Below are positions 13,373-27,092 of a stretch of 64,000 bases of DNA, piece by piece. The position numbers and the translations under genes are program-made. The DNA comes from Heptranchias perlo (lineage: Eukaryota). Below the pieces are notes generated by a model. That model was not told where the DNA came from. It saw nothing but the letters and a program-made list of their open reading frames with translations, and made no database searches. Every line of letters begins with the position of its first letter. The stretch's first letter is position 1. The stretch is taken from positions 13,330,001 through 13,394,000 of the forward strand of contig NC_090362.1 in the NCBI RefSeq assembly GCF_035084215.1, in the 5' to 3' direction.

Positions 13373-13494
13373 GCATGGTCAGTTGGGTCATGGTAGCGTT
13401 GATAATGAAACAGAGCCACGAATTGTGGAGGCGTTACATGGGCTGGCAATGGCTGAAGTAGCAGTTGGGGCCTGGCATTCCGTAAGTGCAAGTG
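13373..13494 (+). CDS. RCCD1: RCCD1 exon 4
   Basis: RCC1 repeat [40 protein letters not shown]; ttttacag| and |gtaaga. Confidence 0.94.
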
Positions 13495-14421
13495 GTAAGA
13501 TTTGTCACAAAGTTGTGCACTACAGCATTATCTTATCTGCGTAATATTTACGGACCCCTGATTTCTCCCCCCTAATGCAGTTCTCAGCAACACTGGGTCT
13601 CCTGTGGTACGGGAGGTAAAGGATAGTGTGGATTTTATCTTCTCCTCCATCAAGAAGCTGCATCGATGCCTCCACTACTACCTGCTGATGAGGTGTACTT
13701 ATCCCCTTTCCCTGATGGCATGCCCTGCCACATGAAGTACTCTATCTACTAGCCTGGTATAAAACTGATGATTCATTTGCTAAAACAGTTTTTACTCCAG
13801 TTTTCTCCTTGCCTCTCCTGTAGGCACTGACTTGTACTGGGGTAAGGTTCCATGGGTACCTCATCCAAGTGACCATTGTCAGCCTAGACGGTGAGTGACA
13901 GAAGGTTATTCAAGCCATCACAGCTGAGTCTGATTTTGTCCTTGTCTGAATGTTCACAGATGGACATTTTCTAGCAGTAGTCACAGGATAGTGATCAGGA
14001 GTAGAAACCCTGGCTCCTTTTTTCCTCTTCCCTATCCTGGGGCACTTAAGCCAACTATAGTGACCCATCTGGTGACCTTACTGGGATCAGCTACCTCAGG
14101 ACAGATCAACAATCGAGCATGGGCCTTTTCTGGACTGTATGCCTTTGTACCACACTATGCATTTACCCAGTTGTAGCAGTTTCTAAAAGTAATTAATTTA
14201 GGACCCCTTAATGTACCGCATAGTGATGTAACATGATTGTTTAGGGCTCTCTCATTAACTGAGAAACCATAGGAATCTACAGGCATGACTCTACTATAAA
14301 AGTTAGATGTTTCCCAACCTCTTTACCACCTGTTAAATGTACAAGTTTGGTTTAATGATGTATTTAATTATAACTTGTCATTATTGGATCTTGTGTTTAC
14401 TTTTAAAAAAAAAATAATTAG

Positions 14422-14541
14422 CATCAGGAGACCTGTACGTGTGGGGATGGAATGAGTCAGGACAGTTGGGACTGCCGACAAAGTCACGTTCAGAGGAGGA
14501 GCATCGGATCCCCTCTCAGCAGAAGGGGCTCTCCCAGGGTG
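14422..14541 (+). CDS. RCCD1: RCCD1 exon 5
   Basis: ASGDLYVWGWNESGQLGLPTK; phase 1-1; donor |gtaagg; acceptor could alternatively be 6 nt downstream. Confidence 0.88.
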
Positions 14542-16535
14542 GTAAGGATATTTGTTTTTAAACTGTTGTGTACCTCTCAAAAGTAAGAATGTTTTCAACA
14601 AGAACTCAGTTGTAGGATTTAGCTTTGCAGTACTACAAATACCCTGTATATACTGACACTTGGCATCCTAGATAAATACAGTTGTGTAGTGAGACCTAAA
14701 AAAGTTTGTCCTGTGTGTAATGCAGATATTGGCCAGGTCACTTTAGTAGTTTTGAAGAGCCTGTCATCTCACACATGCAGGTATATTTTATTACTTTGCT
14801 AATGTTGGTGATAAAGTCAGTATGAATTCTTCACTAACAATAGGTGGAGGAAAATATTACCTCTTGGACTGTTTCATATTCCCCTTTCCCTCCCAGTTGT
14901 ACCAATAAATAAATAACCTGATCATATGGGTTGTCTTCTGTGTAAAATTAACATACAGAAATGTAGTATATGTGCATTAAGCCGTATGTGAACTTTGCTG
15001 ATCGATTTATAAAAGAAACAAGCCGTTATAATTTGTACTTTTCATTGAACCTGTTCTTTAAAACCTTATCACGCAGCAGCTTGGAAAGGGTTTACACAAT
15101 TTATTATGGAATGGTTCAGCACCAATGCATTACTTTGTTATCATGGTAACAAGGAACATAGCAGAACAAATAGTCCTTGTTGGCAAACTGCATTTTAGTT
15201 ACACCAATTCACAATATTGAATTTTTTTCACCACTTTTCTCTCCTCCTTTCCTGAAGACGACCTTTGTAGTGAGTCTGTTGGATATATACTGGTTGCCCT
15301 CTGGTACCTCACCTAAGGGATCATTCCTGAGCTTAGACAGTAAGTTTCAGCAGTTTGATTGAGTGAAGCATCACAGCTGAGTCTATCCTGTCCTCATCTG
15401 ACAAGCACATGTGCATTTTCCAGCAAGGGTCACTTGATAGAAATCAGGAATTTTCCTTTCCCAAATCCAGGAACACTGAGAGCAATTGCAGCGCCCCTAC
15501 TACTGCTCCATTAGCTAACTCCATCGACTGGCTGTCAATCCTGAGACCTTCCTGGTATCTATGGCTCAGCTACTTGCTGCTTTAACTAACCGAGCCGTTC
15601 ATACTGTTTTTAATATGAGCTAACCCAGAATCTATCATGCCCCTTTATATTATAGGGTTGCTTCCAACAGTAAGTGCAGCATCAGAGGCAATCAAGACAC
15701 TCTTGCCATTGGAACTAGCAATACCGTCCCAGAATGGTGATTTCTCTCTCTGCCTTACATGGAATTTACAATCCAGAAACAGACCATTCAGCCCAACTGG
15801 TCCATGCTGGTGTTTACGCTCCACACAAACCTCCTCCCACCCTACTTCATCTCACCCTATCAGCATCTTCCTCATGTACTTACTTTCCCTGTAAATGCAT
15901 CTATGCTAATCACCTCAACCACTCCATGGTTTTTCATTTTCTTTGACTATTTTAGTTAAAGAGTTGGTGGGGATGAGGCTTTGTTTGGGCGAGGTGGTGG
16001 GAAGTCACGTAATGAAACCTCCAGGAATAGCCCCTACAGAGTTGGTAACCCTAAGCAAGTGTATGATTCAACTTCAGGCTTCACCAAAGCCTGCTGGACC
16101 AAAAGCTCCCGACAGCATTTGTTATCGTGTCAGTCATTGTGAGTCTCACTGTGGACAGGCTGGTCTCTCGACCTGTCTGAACAGGACAACAATATGGTTT
16201 CCCCACTGACACTGCAAAGATGCAAAAGTGGTTTTGCACTAATTGCATGTGAGAGATTAGCATGTGGACAATAGTGTTAAAGTTATTCAGAGCAACTACA
16301 CATTTGTGTAATTGTTGCAGAATCTGCCCTACAGCAGAAATTAGAAAGATTCAGCATCAGTGGGAACCGGCACAATTACCAAATTACTTGTTCCCATTCA
16401 ATGTAGTTCATTAACATAAAATGGGCATCACTTTTATTGTTAGCAGTTACTTTATTTTAAATGGCAATAAACATTCAGTGCTTGTAAGGGTTAGCTGGTG
16501 TTTAGCTTAAACTGTAACTTCAATTTTACATGCAG

Positions 16536-16715
16536 GCACACCGACCCCTAGTGATGCTGGTGACATGATTACAAAATCCACCAGTAAAGAAGCAGCTGCG
16601 GGAGATCTGAATGTGTTTATCTCAATCCAGGCATTTCCTGCACTGGTGGATTTACCAGAGGAGTTGGAGGTCAGCAAGGTCAGCTGTGGGTCACGACATA
16701 CTGCGGCCGTCACCA
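16536..16715 (+). CDS. RCCD1: RCCD1 exon 6
   Basis: [34 protein letters not shown]; tgcag| and |gtacgt. Confidence 0.92.
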
Positions 16716-17868
16716 GTACGTGACAGTAGGCACTGAGTAATGGTTATGTTTTTCTCTAGAGAATGGCAAATTGGTCTGTGTGGTGAAACTGATTTTTTTT
16801 TTGATAGTTTTGCAATGTGTAACCACTGATGTAAAATTAGTCACTTTAATGTTGTGTTAATGCAAGATTTTAACATTCTTAATGAGAGACATTAGAAATG
16901 AAAGGTCTTGGCTGTTTGTAGAGCTGAGATTTTAGATTGTGAATGGTATCGGTGGACTTTGCTCTCTTTAAGCCCCCTCCCACCCCAAATCACACAAGTG
17001 TTCCTCAGTAGACAAGGAAAAGAGTCTATCTGAATAACATGTCCATGGACACTATTACTACCATCCCTTGGTTAATTGGCTAGAAAGAGTGCTTGAGCAA
17101 TGAAGGGAGAGGCCCCTCTCGAGTCAGTTTCCCTTGTTCCCTTCCAAACTGTCCAGATGGGATGGTGAGCTGTGGATGTCAAGGATGCCTGATGTCATTA
17201 CAGATTGGGATTCGGGTCTCCTAGTGAGAGTGCAGTGCTGTAACACGTTTACCAGATTATAGATTTGAAGATAAAGATGATTTAAGTTTCACACACCTTC
17301 ATTATGAGCAATCTAGCCCAAAAAGAGAGAACTGAAAATTTGAAATGAAAACAGGAGGTGCTGGAAATACACAGCAGGTCTATCAGCTTCTGAAAATAAA
17401 AAAACCTGATTAATGTTTGAAGTGCAGATTCTTACTCGAAATATTAATCTATCTTCAGATGCTGATGTGCTGTGTATTTCTGACACTCTTGTGTCTGTTG
17501 TGAACAACAGTAGCAATTTCAGTAAAGGTACTGGGTCTTGTTGGTTGAGTACACTGTCTAGAAATTTGTACAGCATAAATCAGACACAATTAGTCTGATT
17601 CTTAAACTAGAAATCAATTTTTTTCATTCATGATGTGGAGGCATTAGTTATTGAGATTATTAAGGTTTTTGATGTTTTTCGTCACTAGCAAACCTCACAA
17701 CTTGAGCTCGCATCCATCCTTCTATCCAGTTGTGGACTTGGCAAAAAGAGGCCTAATCTTCACATTTTTTATATATTTAGATTTTGACAGGAGCTTTCAC
17801 TGACAAGAAGTTCAATTAAGTAGCTTCAGTCTTGACTATTAAATCCTGTCATTTTTCCTCTTTTTCAG

Positions 17869-17898
17869 AGGGAGGTAAGCTCTTCACATGGGGCTGGG
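17869..17898 (+). CDS. RCCD1: RCCD1 exon 7 (30-nt micro-exon)
   Basis: tttttcag|AG GGA GGT AAG CTC TTC ACA TGG GGC TGG G|gtaagt = KGGKLFTWGWG. Confidence 0.9.
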
Positions 17899-17949
17899 GT
17901 AAGTAATAATCAAATAAACTGTTGATCGAAATAAGGTTTAATGTTAATT

Positions 17950-18360
17950 TTGGTTCTGTTGGTAGTATTCTCTGGACTAGAAGGTTGTGAGTTTGAGCTC
18001 TAAATCAGGGATTGAGCTCTTAATCTAGACTGCCACTCATGCAGTACTTAAGTGAGTTTTCCATTGTTCAAGGTGCCATCTTTTGGATGAGTTCCTGTTT
18101 GCTGTTCTAGCAGCTGTTGATGGGGCCATGGCACTATTAAAAGAATGGGTAGCTTTCCTTGTGTCCAGGCCATTATTCATCCTTCAAGCAACATCACCAA
18201 AACAAATGGACCAACTAGACTTCATCTCAGTGATGGTTTGTGGGCTGTCGTTGGTGTAAAATGGTGGCTGCATTTTCCTACGTTACTGGGCTCCATAGTA
18301 CTTAATAAGTGAAGTTCTTTGAGACTTTTCAATGTGACATGGTGCTGTATCAATGCAAGT
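17950..18360 (+). mobile_element. Degenerate Deu-type SINE
   Basis: Head gaaggttgtgagtttgagc; core ggccatggcactatt...catcaccaaaaca; tail gctgtatcaatgcaagt. Confidence 0.6.
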
Positions 18361-18403
18361 ATATTATTTTCACTAAGTTTTACAGATTTTTTATATTTTC
18401 CAG

Positions 18404-18552
18404 GTAACTATGGACAACTTGGCCATGGACAGACTAATAGTTCTGATCTTCCAAGGCTTGTTGAGTACTTCATACAAAACCATCTTTCCGTTCTGGATGT
18501 TGTCTGTGGGCCGTGGAACACTTTTGTGTTTGCACAACAGGAAGAATTTTAA
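18404..18552 (+). CDS. RCCD1: RCCD1 exon 8 (last)
   Basis: GNYGQLGHGQTNSSDLPRLVEYF...VVCGPWNTFVFAQQEEF*; spliced total 1332 nt = 443 aa + stop. Confidence 0.94.
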
Positions 18553-19065
18553 ATTGCGGATGAATTGTATTCTGTCAAACTGTGGAATATGTGTGTTTAT
18601 GATCGTATGGAAGAGCACCACAGTGGCCTAGTGAGTAATAGTGTAGTACTGAGCCATACTATCTGCAGTTGTTGTTTTTGATTCCCAATCTATGCTGAGT
18701 TACCTAAGGCACTAGGTTGGACACTCATGGGTTAGGGAGGGGACAAAATGGCTTTTGTTTCCTGGTCCTGATTTGTTATCCAGTGACCCATTTTGGAAAC
18801 TGCGAGTGTAGACACCTGGTGGGGGTGCCTTTTATGGTAAAATAGTCTGCTGACACTTTCTATCTTGACTTTTGAGAAGAATGGTCACTTGGGTGAAATA
18901 TTGGAGGACCTAAAGTGCCCGTAGGATTGTAACCCTGCAGGAGTTAGCACTTTCAGGAAAAGAAGAAAAAAAAATGGTTTCCAAACATTAAAATTTGCAT
19001 TGGTATCAGAACAACATGGCTGATATGAGAACTATGCAACTGATTAGGATCAAAAATGTTTATAA

Positions 19066-20190
19066 AGAATCATAGAATGGTTACATCACAGGAGGCCATC
19101 GAGCCTGTGCCAGCTCATTGTAAGAGCAATCCAGTTAGTCCCATTCGCCCGCTCTTTCCCTGTAGCCCTACAAATGTTTTCCCTTTAAGTATTTATCCAA
19201 TTCCTTTTTGAAAGCCATGATTGAATCTGCTTTCTCCACCCTTTCAGGCAGTGCATTCCAGATCATAACTCTCATGTTTTTCCTCATGTCACCTTTGGTT
19301 CTTTTGCTAATCACCTTAAATCTCTGTCCTCTGGTTCTCGACCCTTCCGCCAATGGAACAGTTTCTCTTTATCTACTCTATCTAAACCAGTTATGATTTT
19401 GAACACTGCTTTTAAATCTGCTGTCAACCTTCTTTGCTGTAAGGAGAACAACCCCAGCTTCTCCATTCTATCTGCGTAACTGAAGTCCCTCATCCCTGAC
19501 ACCATTCTCGTAAATCTTTTCTGCACCCTCTCTAAGGTCTTCACATCCTTCCTAAAGTGCGGTGCGCAGAATTGAACACGATACTCCAGTGGTGGCCGAA
19601 CCAGTGTTTTATAAAGCATCAACATAAATTCCTTGCTTTTGTACTCTATGCTTCTATTTATAAAGCCTGGAATCCCGTATGCTTTTTTAACCGCTTTCGC
19701 AACCTGTCCTGCCACCTTCAAAGATTTGTGTACATATACCCCCAGGTCTCTCTGTTCCTGCACCCCCTTTAGAATTGTACCATTTAGTTTTTATTGCCTT
19801 TCCTCATTCTTCCTGCCAAAATGTATCACTTCGCACTTCTCTGCGTTAAATTTCATCTCGTGTATCCGCCCATTCCACCAGGCTGTCTGTGTCCTCTTGA
19901 AGTCTATTACTATCTTCCCCACTGTTTACTACACTTCCATGTTTTGTGTCATCTGCAAATTTGAAATTGTGCCCTGTACACCCAAGAAGTCATTTATATA
20001 TATCAAGAAAAGCAGTGGTCTTAGTACCAACACCTGGGGAACACCACTGTATACCTTCCTCCAGTCCAAAACACAACCGTTCACCACTACTCTCTGTTTC
20101 CTGTCACTTAGCCACTTTCGTATCCATGCTGCCATAGTCCCTGGACTTCAGTTTTGCTGACAAGCCTGTTATGTGGCACTTTATCAAGAC
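19066..20190 (-). mobile_element. CR1 LINE, 5'-truncated, frameshifted RT and 3' end
   Basis: WIRKWLSDRKQRVVVNG...SGVPQ; LYKTLVRPPLEYRVQF...LERVQKRFTRM; tail ttctatgattct. Confidence 0.92.
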
Positions 20191-20879
20191 AGAATAAGTT
20201 GGAAAGTGTTTAAATTATTAGTTCCTATTGATACAGAAAACACTGTGTATGGATCAGATTTCCTGCCATATCCCTCCCCTTTCACATCTATATTATTGTA
20301 ATATTCCCACTCTGGTCTACTTTGATTTCCTCACTATCCACCCCTCCATCTTGCATCATCTCTCAGGTTTTGAGGATGTTTTTGAAGGCTATCTGTTCAC
20401 CCTTGCCTTTGGTTGCTTCCCGTAGCGCTCTCCCAGCTCCTGCTTGATGTCTGAACCCCATTGTGAAGCATATTAGGATATTGTATTACATTAAATGTGA
20501 AGTTGTTGTCCGTAATAAGTTATCTAAAGCAATGTAGAGAACTTTTTGTAAACGTATTAAAATTAAGTATTTTATATTAATAGAAATGGATTTTTTATCA
20601 GCTCCTAATATTCATACAGTAAAATTAAAAGTAAACTAATAGATTTAATTGTCAATTGACCTATTTAAAAACTTTTAACTTTTCTGTTAACTTTTAACAG
20701 AAAACTCACATCACTTGTGTAGAGAGGGAGTGTCCAAGAGGTGGCCTGAGTTGAATCCATCCCATGAGCTCTCTTTACCCAGCCTGTGGTTCATTCCTTT
20801 CTTCAGTGTTTGTGCACAAAGCTGACTTAATTTATTAATATTGGGAGTTTGCTGAGGATAGCCCAGAGTTTGTTGCCAT

Positions 20880-21420
20880 TTTCACATCCTTTTTCTATTG
20901 GATACTCTGGAATTTGTAACTGAATTTGAGAGTTTATGGAGGGCCCCTAAATGACAAGTCCCAATCCTTGGTTCAGGTATTGGAATCATATTGACATAAA
21001 TCAGGAATCGGATTGGGCTGAGCGCTGTGGCATTCCCACCGTTGAGCAAAACCTGGTGGATATTGCTCCTTTTGACACCAATTGTGTGCTCTGCCAGGAA
21101 ATTTAATATCCATCGAGTATGGTCGCTGGGCATGTCGTCTAGCCGTAGCGAAGTCTTTTCCACATCCAGGAACACCACCAGTGTGCGCTCTTTCTTGTTA
21201 AGCTTGGAGGATATTTTCTGACAGTTGCTGCAAGTTGTCACTGGTGGTGCTTTCTCCTGAACCCTGGCCTGAGTTGAAGATCAACGTTCTCGAGTTGATA
21301 TTAGAGACAGTGTGCGATGACTTTCCCAGGCAGCTCAGCAGACTGAGGCTGGGAATCGCTGGGATCATTAGGGTCTTTGCCTGATTCGTGGACCATTGTG
21401 AGCACAGATCACAATTCACA
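20880..21420 (-). mobile_element. Highly decayed non-LTR RT fragment (I/Jockey/Nimb-like)
   Basis: SLLSCLGK, LNKKERTLVVFLDVEK, RWILNFL, LSPIRFLIYVN motifs across frameshifts. Confidence 0.6.
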
Positions 21421-21683
21421 TTAGGCTCCCAGTATCTTGGGAATTAGCCCAGAAAACATCCCACTACTTTTTGGCATTGGCTTTGAGAAGTTGTCAGATT
21501 CCACAATATTCATCATTGTTCCTTGCTTGACCCGAGTTTGCTGCCATTAGCTGGGGCAGCACATTTGGGAGAATATGGAGGTAAGGGGGAAATGAAGGGA
21601 AAAACAGGAAGTGGAAATCAGACTACTCAAACATTTTTGTTGGCTAAAACTGATGAAAAGTGAGTGCTTAAGCTGAAAATACT

Positions 21684-21689
21684 TTTATT
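21684..21689 (-). terminator. Candidate CIB1 polyadenylation signal
   Basis: AATAAA on minus strand ~320 nt after the stop codon. Confidence 0.45.
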
Positions 21690-22005
21690 GGACAGTAAAA
21701 ATGTTAAAAGGTTTCTGTCATTTTAAGCATTCTAGTCACAAAATAGGAATTTTTTTTTCCATTTAAGACACTTTGAAACATGATTATTTTGAATACTGTA
21801 GCTTTAGAAATTGATGCTGTGATACAGATGAAAGATTTCCAGTGAAAGACTCTTTTGCTTCCTCTTTCTTTCCCCCACCCCCCCAACCAAAAAAGTAAAG
21901 ACAGTCTGAGTTTATGGAATCAGGAGAACACTGATCTTTTCCATAGGGCCAAAAGTTCCAAAGAGGTCATTTGATTTTTCCCATCACAGATGATCCACGA
22001 TTAGG

Positions 22006-22027
22006 TTACAGGACAATCTTAAAGGAG
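22006..22027 (-). CDS. CIB1: Calcium and integrin binding protein 1, coding exon 7 (last)
   Basis: cctttcag|C TCC TTT AAG ATT GTC CTG TAA = SSFKIVL*. Confidence 0.93.
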
Positions 22028-22887
22028 CTGAAAGGCAAACAAAGTTTCATCAAAATCTGCAGAGGAGGAGAGCAGCAGCAGCTCAACACATTTTTACTTT
22101 TAATTCTTCCACTCCCCCAGCTGACTCATGCTGGGGACTGTGTCACAGTGGTACTTTGTCCAGGTGGACATACAAGATTAGATAGTAAGTGTAGGCAGGC
22201 TATTTAGCTAAGTGAGTGGGGGAAGAGCTGGACATTTTTTGAAGGACACAGGAGGAGCACTGGACTGTTTTAAGTCCCTTGTGAGGCCACGCAACACCTG
22301 GTACAAATAGACAGAGGGTGTGAGACGCACGCTTCATTTGTACCTCAAAATTGCAATTGGGTTCTTATGCAAATCAGGGTCACGTGACATACATATTACT
22401 AGAGACCTGAAACAAGCAGGCACTCCAGCCATTTTGTGCTCCACCTCCGTGCTCTTGCATGGTTGGTAGATGTGATTGAATCAAAGCCCTGCCAGAGTGC
22501 CAGCTTAAACTGGGCAGTAAATGACCTGCCATTTTCAGGCTGTTACTGCCCTGTTTATGCTGGGCATAATGAATTAAAATCAGCCTTGTGGTGTCCTCAC
22601 AGGTAATCCACATGTATATTTTTCATCAGAGACCAATTGCAGTTCCCCAACTGTTGGCCCAGCTGTGTTTAATTAAGCATGGACCAGAAATCAAATCTGG
22701 TCTCAATGAATTTAGATTTAGTATTTACAATAGCATTCCTTTTCTCAAAAAAACATTATCTGACTTCGTGCACTTTTGTGCTCCCCATCGGTGCTCTTGT
22801 TCAGTTTATAGAAGTGATTGGATCAGGTTTCAGCTAAGATGTGTGTTACTGAAAGTGTGAAGAGCCATTAAATTCTGTTTACTGTAC

Positions 22888-22976
22888 CTCACAAAGTCAG
22901 GGGATCGGGAGATGACGTGCTGAAATTCTGAAAGATTCACGGTCCCATCTTTATCAATATCGGATTCTTCCAAAAT
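22888..22976 (-). CDS. CIB1: CIB1 coding exon 6
   Basis: EF-hand ILEESDIDKDGTVNLSEFQHVISRSPDFV; 89 nt. Confidence 0.95.
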
Positions 22977-25214
22977 CTGAGTGAAACAGTAAGTATATAT
23001 TTAAAATATTTTAAGTCTTAGGTCAGGCGATGACCCAAATATCGCTTTTTCAAAGTGGCAAAACAATCTTAAAAGGAGAAAGAAATCCAATCATTTAATG
23101 CTGGATTCTTCAAACCTGGATCTTGAAATTTACAAGTAGCAACAATTAATCTAAATTTTTTTTTACTTTGCCCACTGGCCTTAAGGGGATAAACCAGGTT
23201 AGCATCTAAAACATCACAACTGTAATCCTCAAACTACTAATGATCAACGAACGGCAATAAGCTGGTACTTTAAATTTACTGATACTCAGCACTTTATTCA
23301 GAGAATATCGATTACATACACTCTGAATGCAAGCTGTCTTTAGTTTTTAATTCTAACATTTTTTTTGCTTTGTCACTTGCTACAAGTCCTCCATTGGTCA
23401 TTAAGATGGGATGGTCTGGCTCTCTCTCTCTCACAGCAACTGTCCATGTTACTAGGCTAACATGAAAAGTCAAATCTAACTACAGGCAAGGCCACTCACT
23501 TGTGATTTTCATGTGGAAATGGACAGAATCCCAGAATAGAATGCACCACAAGAACAGTAAAAATCCCTATTATTCCATATAATAGAATTTGACATTAGTA
23601 ACAAACCCTGGGTCTTCAAGTCAGAATCATGGTTGACTACTTGAAGAGGTAGAAAATACCCTTGCATAAATGATAAATTAAAATCTCTTAATTTACTATT
23701 AATTCTAACAGAACAATGTTCTAAATTATATTTTTTGTTGAATTAGAACCCAAACATTTCCTATGTAACACACAGTAGCCTCACTCTTATGTTTCTCATT
23801 GCAAGAGAGAGGGCGTAGAGGCATAACCTGTTCGAGTCGAACCAATTACCTAACAATTTAAATATTTTTAATAGGAATAAGTTTATGTAAAAAAAGTAAA
23901 TATTTTGCATAATAGTAAACCACCAGGAGCTCCCCTGAAATGAATTACTGTAACTCTTGCAAAATCCCAGTTGGTGTTCCTGCTGAAGCAGTGAATGCTG
24001 GGCTGAGTTCTGTAGTTCACTGCCAACAGTGCCACAAACTTCCTCTAGGTTCCATAACAAAGTACATTTGAAAATTAATGTACAAGGGATATATAGGAAA
24101 TGACTTCTTTCATCATAAACAAAATAGAAAATTAAAATTGCTCAAATAAATATCTCCAGTTTAATATCATGGGGAAGGGGGAACCCCAAGGGGCCACAAT
24201 GCCAACAAGAAAAAGTAGTCACTCGATTTCTGGCACAGATTGCTATACAGTGACACCTGTTGGAAAGGGTGTACGAGTGGACAAGGATCTCGTTTGGCTA
24301 GCGTGCTTCTAGTCTGCTGACATTCACCATCTAGGCTCACATGAAGAATGTGTACCTGGGCTAGAGACTTGAAAATATGTACCTCAATTAGAGAGGAGGG
24401 GAGAAGATTCAGAGAAGGAAAAAAATAATCGAAAGGAAGTTGATTTAAGTCCAGTATGAATAGGCTGATAAACCTATGCATGTATCTATATAGTAATCTG
24501 ATATTCATAACATTCTGGGGGCAAAGCTGCAATGCAACTAGAAAAGATCATGAAATATTTAAACACATTACTGTCTGGTTGACTCCAACTTTCCATTCAT
24601 GGCATTTTCATAGACTAGGAAGCAGGTTACTGGCCTGTACCCTCAAGGGGAGAGTGTGTAAGGGATGATAAAACAAAGGTAAATAATAAATGAACTAAAT
24701 AGAAATAGCATTTGTATAGCACCTTTCATGACCTCAAGACGTACCAAAGTGCTTCACAGCCAATGAGATACTTTTGAAGCGTAGTCACTGTTTTAATGTA
24801 AGAAATGCAGCAGACAATTTGCACGCAGCAAATTGGGATTAATGTTTCCCCTTCCTTCCAAGTAAAATACGCTGTTCTCGTGCTCTTTCTGCTATCTAAA
24901 TTCTCACTTTGATTTTAACATAAGATCATCTCACCGCCTCCTACTTTAACTTATTCTTTCTCAGCACTCGGCAACTGTACAATTCTTTCCATCCTCCTAC
25001 ATCTACAGGCTTGGAGGCGGAAGGGAAGACTGAAGGAAGTAAGGAGTGCCACAGTTAGCATCACTTCATCATTTCCTGATTTATCTTGCCTTCTCTTGTA
25101 CTCTTTCCAAACTTGGTATCCTAGCTTTGCATCTAGGTTTCTCAATTTAAATAAAGGATGCTGTTTAGTTTTAAGTATTAAAATGAGCAATTTGTCAATA
25201 AGAGTTTCCCTTAC

Positions 25215-25333
25215 ATTTTGAATCAGCTGGTTCATTTCAGGCTCTGTCAGTTGTGTATCGGATGTGCCTCCGGTCAGACAATTCACCAATTTCTTCAAAT
25301 CCTCTTTATCTAAAGTCCCGTCATCATCAAAAT
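25215..25333 (-). CDS. CIB1: CIB1 coding exon 5
   Basis: EF-hand DFDDDGTLDKEDLKKLVNCLTGG...EMNQLIQN; 119 nt. Confidence 0.95.
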
Positions 25334-26260
25334 CTGATCAGTGTAGAAAGAATGAACATTTTAAACCCGTACAAACACACGCTCCATGTTAAATCAGTGT
25401 TACTCACAATCCTAACAGTCTTTCACGTGAAGCCAACTCTTATGAACACCAACCTACTGTGCAGCAAACTGATGGGCTCAGTTTTGCACCCATGGCATCT
25501 CATGTACTATGCTCTCCATTACAATCATGCCACTTTAAGAAACTGCTGTGCAGAGGTCAGTCAGTTTCCCCACAGGAACAGGATGGGGGAGCAAAACGCC
25601 AAGGGTGATAAATTCCATAAAACTACAGCCTTTTTCTTTCTGCTGAAGGCTTTGACTCTTTGCTGTGATAACAGGCACCCTCCAGTACCGTCCCCAAGTG
25701 GTCAATCTTCAGATTTGAGCTTACACAATGAGTGTTAGCAGATTATTTGGATGTTGGGGAGGAGAATCACAGCTGATCCAGATGCTATCCCTCTCCAAAT
25801 ATGCACATTTCTCACAAGGATCATCCGATAACGATCAGGAGCAGGAACCCTGGCCAATATTCCCCTCCCTAACCCAGATGTGCTGAGCCCAATTATCAAT
25901 CCCCTACTGCCGCTCCAGTTGGGATCAACTAACTCAGCTACTCAATTTAGTTAGCTGAACAAATCATAACCTTTTAGTAGAGGGCACACAGTTGGTCTGT
26001 GAATACGAGATAAGAATTCTCTTGTTTTTTTCTTACTGGGAAAGGAGAGAAGGAGCAGCACTGAATCTCAGCTTGGGCAGGAATCCACAGTCTGATAGTT
26101 CTGTGTATGGAGGCCCAGACACACATGGAAAAGCAGGTCTACCAAGGGCCACAAGTGAAGGGGAGGCAGGCTACAAGTGACCCTGGCTTCATTACAAGTA
26201 CCACTGCATTAAAACAGGCTACAGTATCCGTTGTACTAACCCCTTGAAGACCAGACTAAC

Positions 26261-26414
26261 CAAAAATTCGAAAAGCATAGTGAGACTTGATATCGGGAGT
26301 TGCGGAATCACTAAACGCGCTGAACATGTCCAAGAAATCCTCAAAAGACATACTGCCATCCTTTTCATCCGCAGTTGAGAACACCAGACAGATTCTTTCT
26401 CTGAAAGGGTTAGC
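26261..26414 (-). CDS. CIB1: CIB1 coding exon 4
   Basis: [51 protein letters not shown]. Confidence 0.95.
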
Positions 26415-26989
26415 CTATAATTAAAACACAACATAATTTAAAAATAAGGTAACTTAAAATAGTTAATGCCTTTGTTACTCCTCATCTTTGCAGTTTTGGC
26501 CATTATTCACGAGATCGCCTTAACCGTGAGTAGCAGTCAATGATCTGACTGGAGGGCATCACAGCTAAAACCAATCCTGTCCTAAATCATCAGGGAAGCA
26601 AGTAGCCATTCTTCATGTGAGAACTTATGCCATGATTGTCAAGAGGCTATTTTACCACAAGGGCCATCACAGCCAAAACCAATCCTATTCTCACCCACCA
26701 TCCACAGAGAGGCACCTTCCAGCAAGGATCACTTGATAGTGAGCAGGAATCCTGACTGATATTTTCCTTTCTTGAGCCCAGAAAGCTTTCAACAATAACT
26801 TTTGTTTACACAGAATCCATTTCTGTATTAGATTTAATTTTCCAGCACTACATAAACCATTGTGATGCATCAGTATCTTTGCTAAAGGATTTTCCTGTTG
26901 GGAACTATTAGGCCAATAAAAGAGCTCTCCACAGACTGACCATTACACATTACTGAAATCCTAGAGGCCGCACTGAGATCGTCTCATAC

Positions 26990-27092
26990 CTTCAACTCTG
27001 GCATCTCACAGATGCTGTCCTTTGAAACCCGCGTGTTCTGGAGGTCAACCTGTTGATCTTTCGAAAGCAGCTCCGTAAATAGTCGATGAGCA
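26990..27092 (-). CDS. CIB1: CIB1 coding exon 3
   Basis: AHRLFTELLSKDQQVDLQNTRVSKDSICEMPELK; aag| and |gtatga. Confidence 0.92.
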
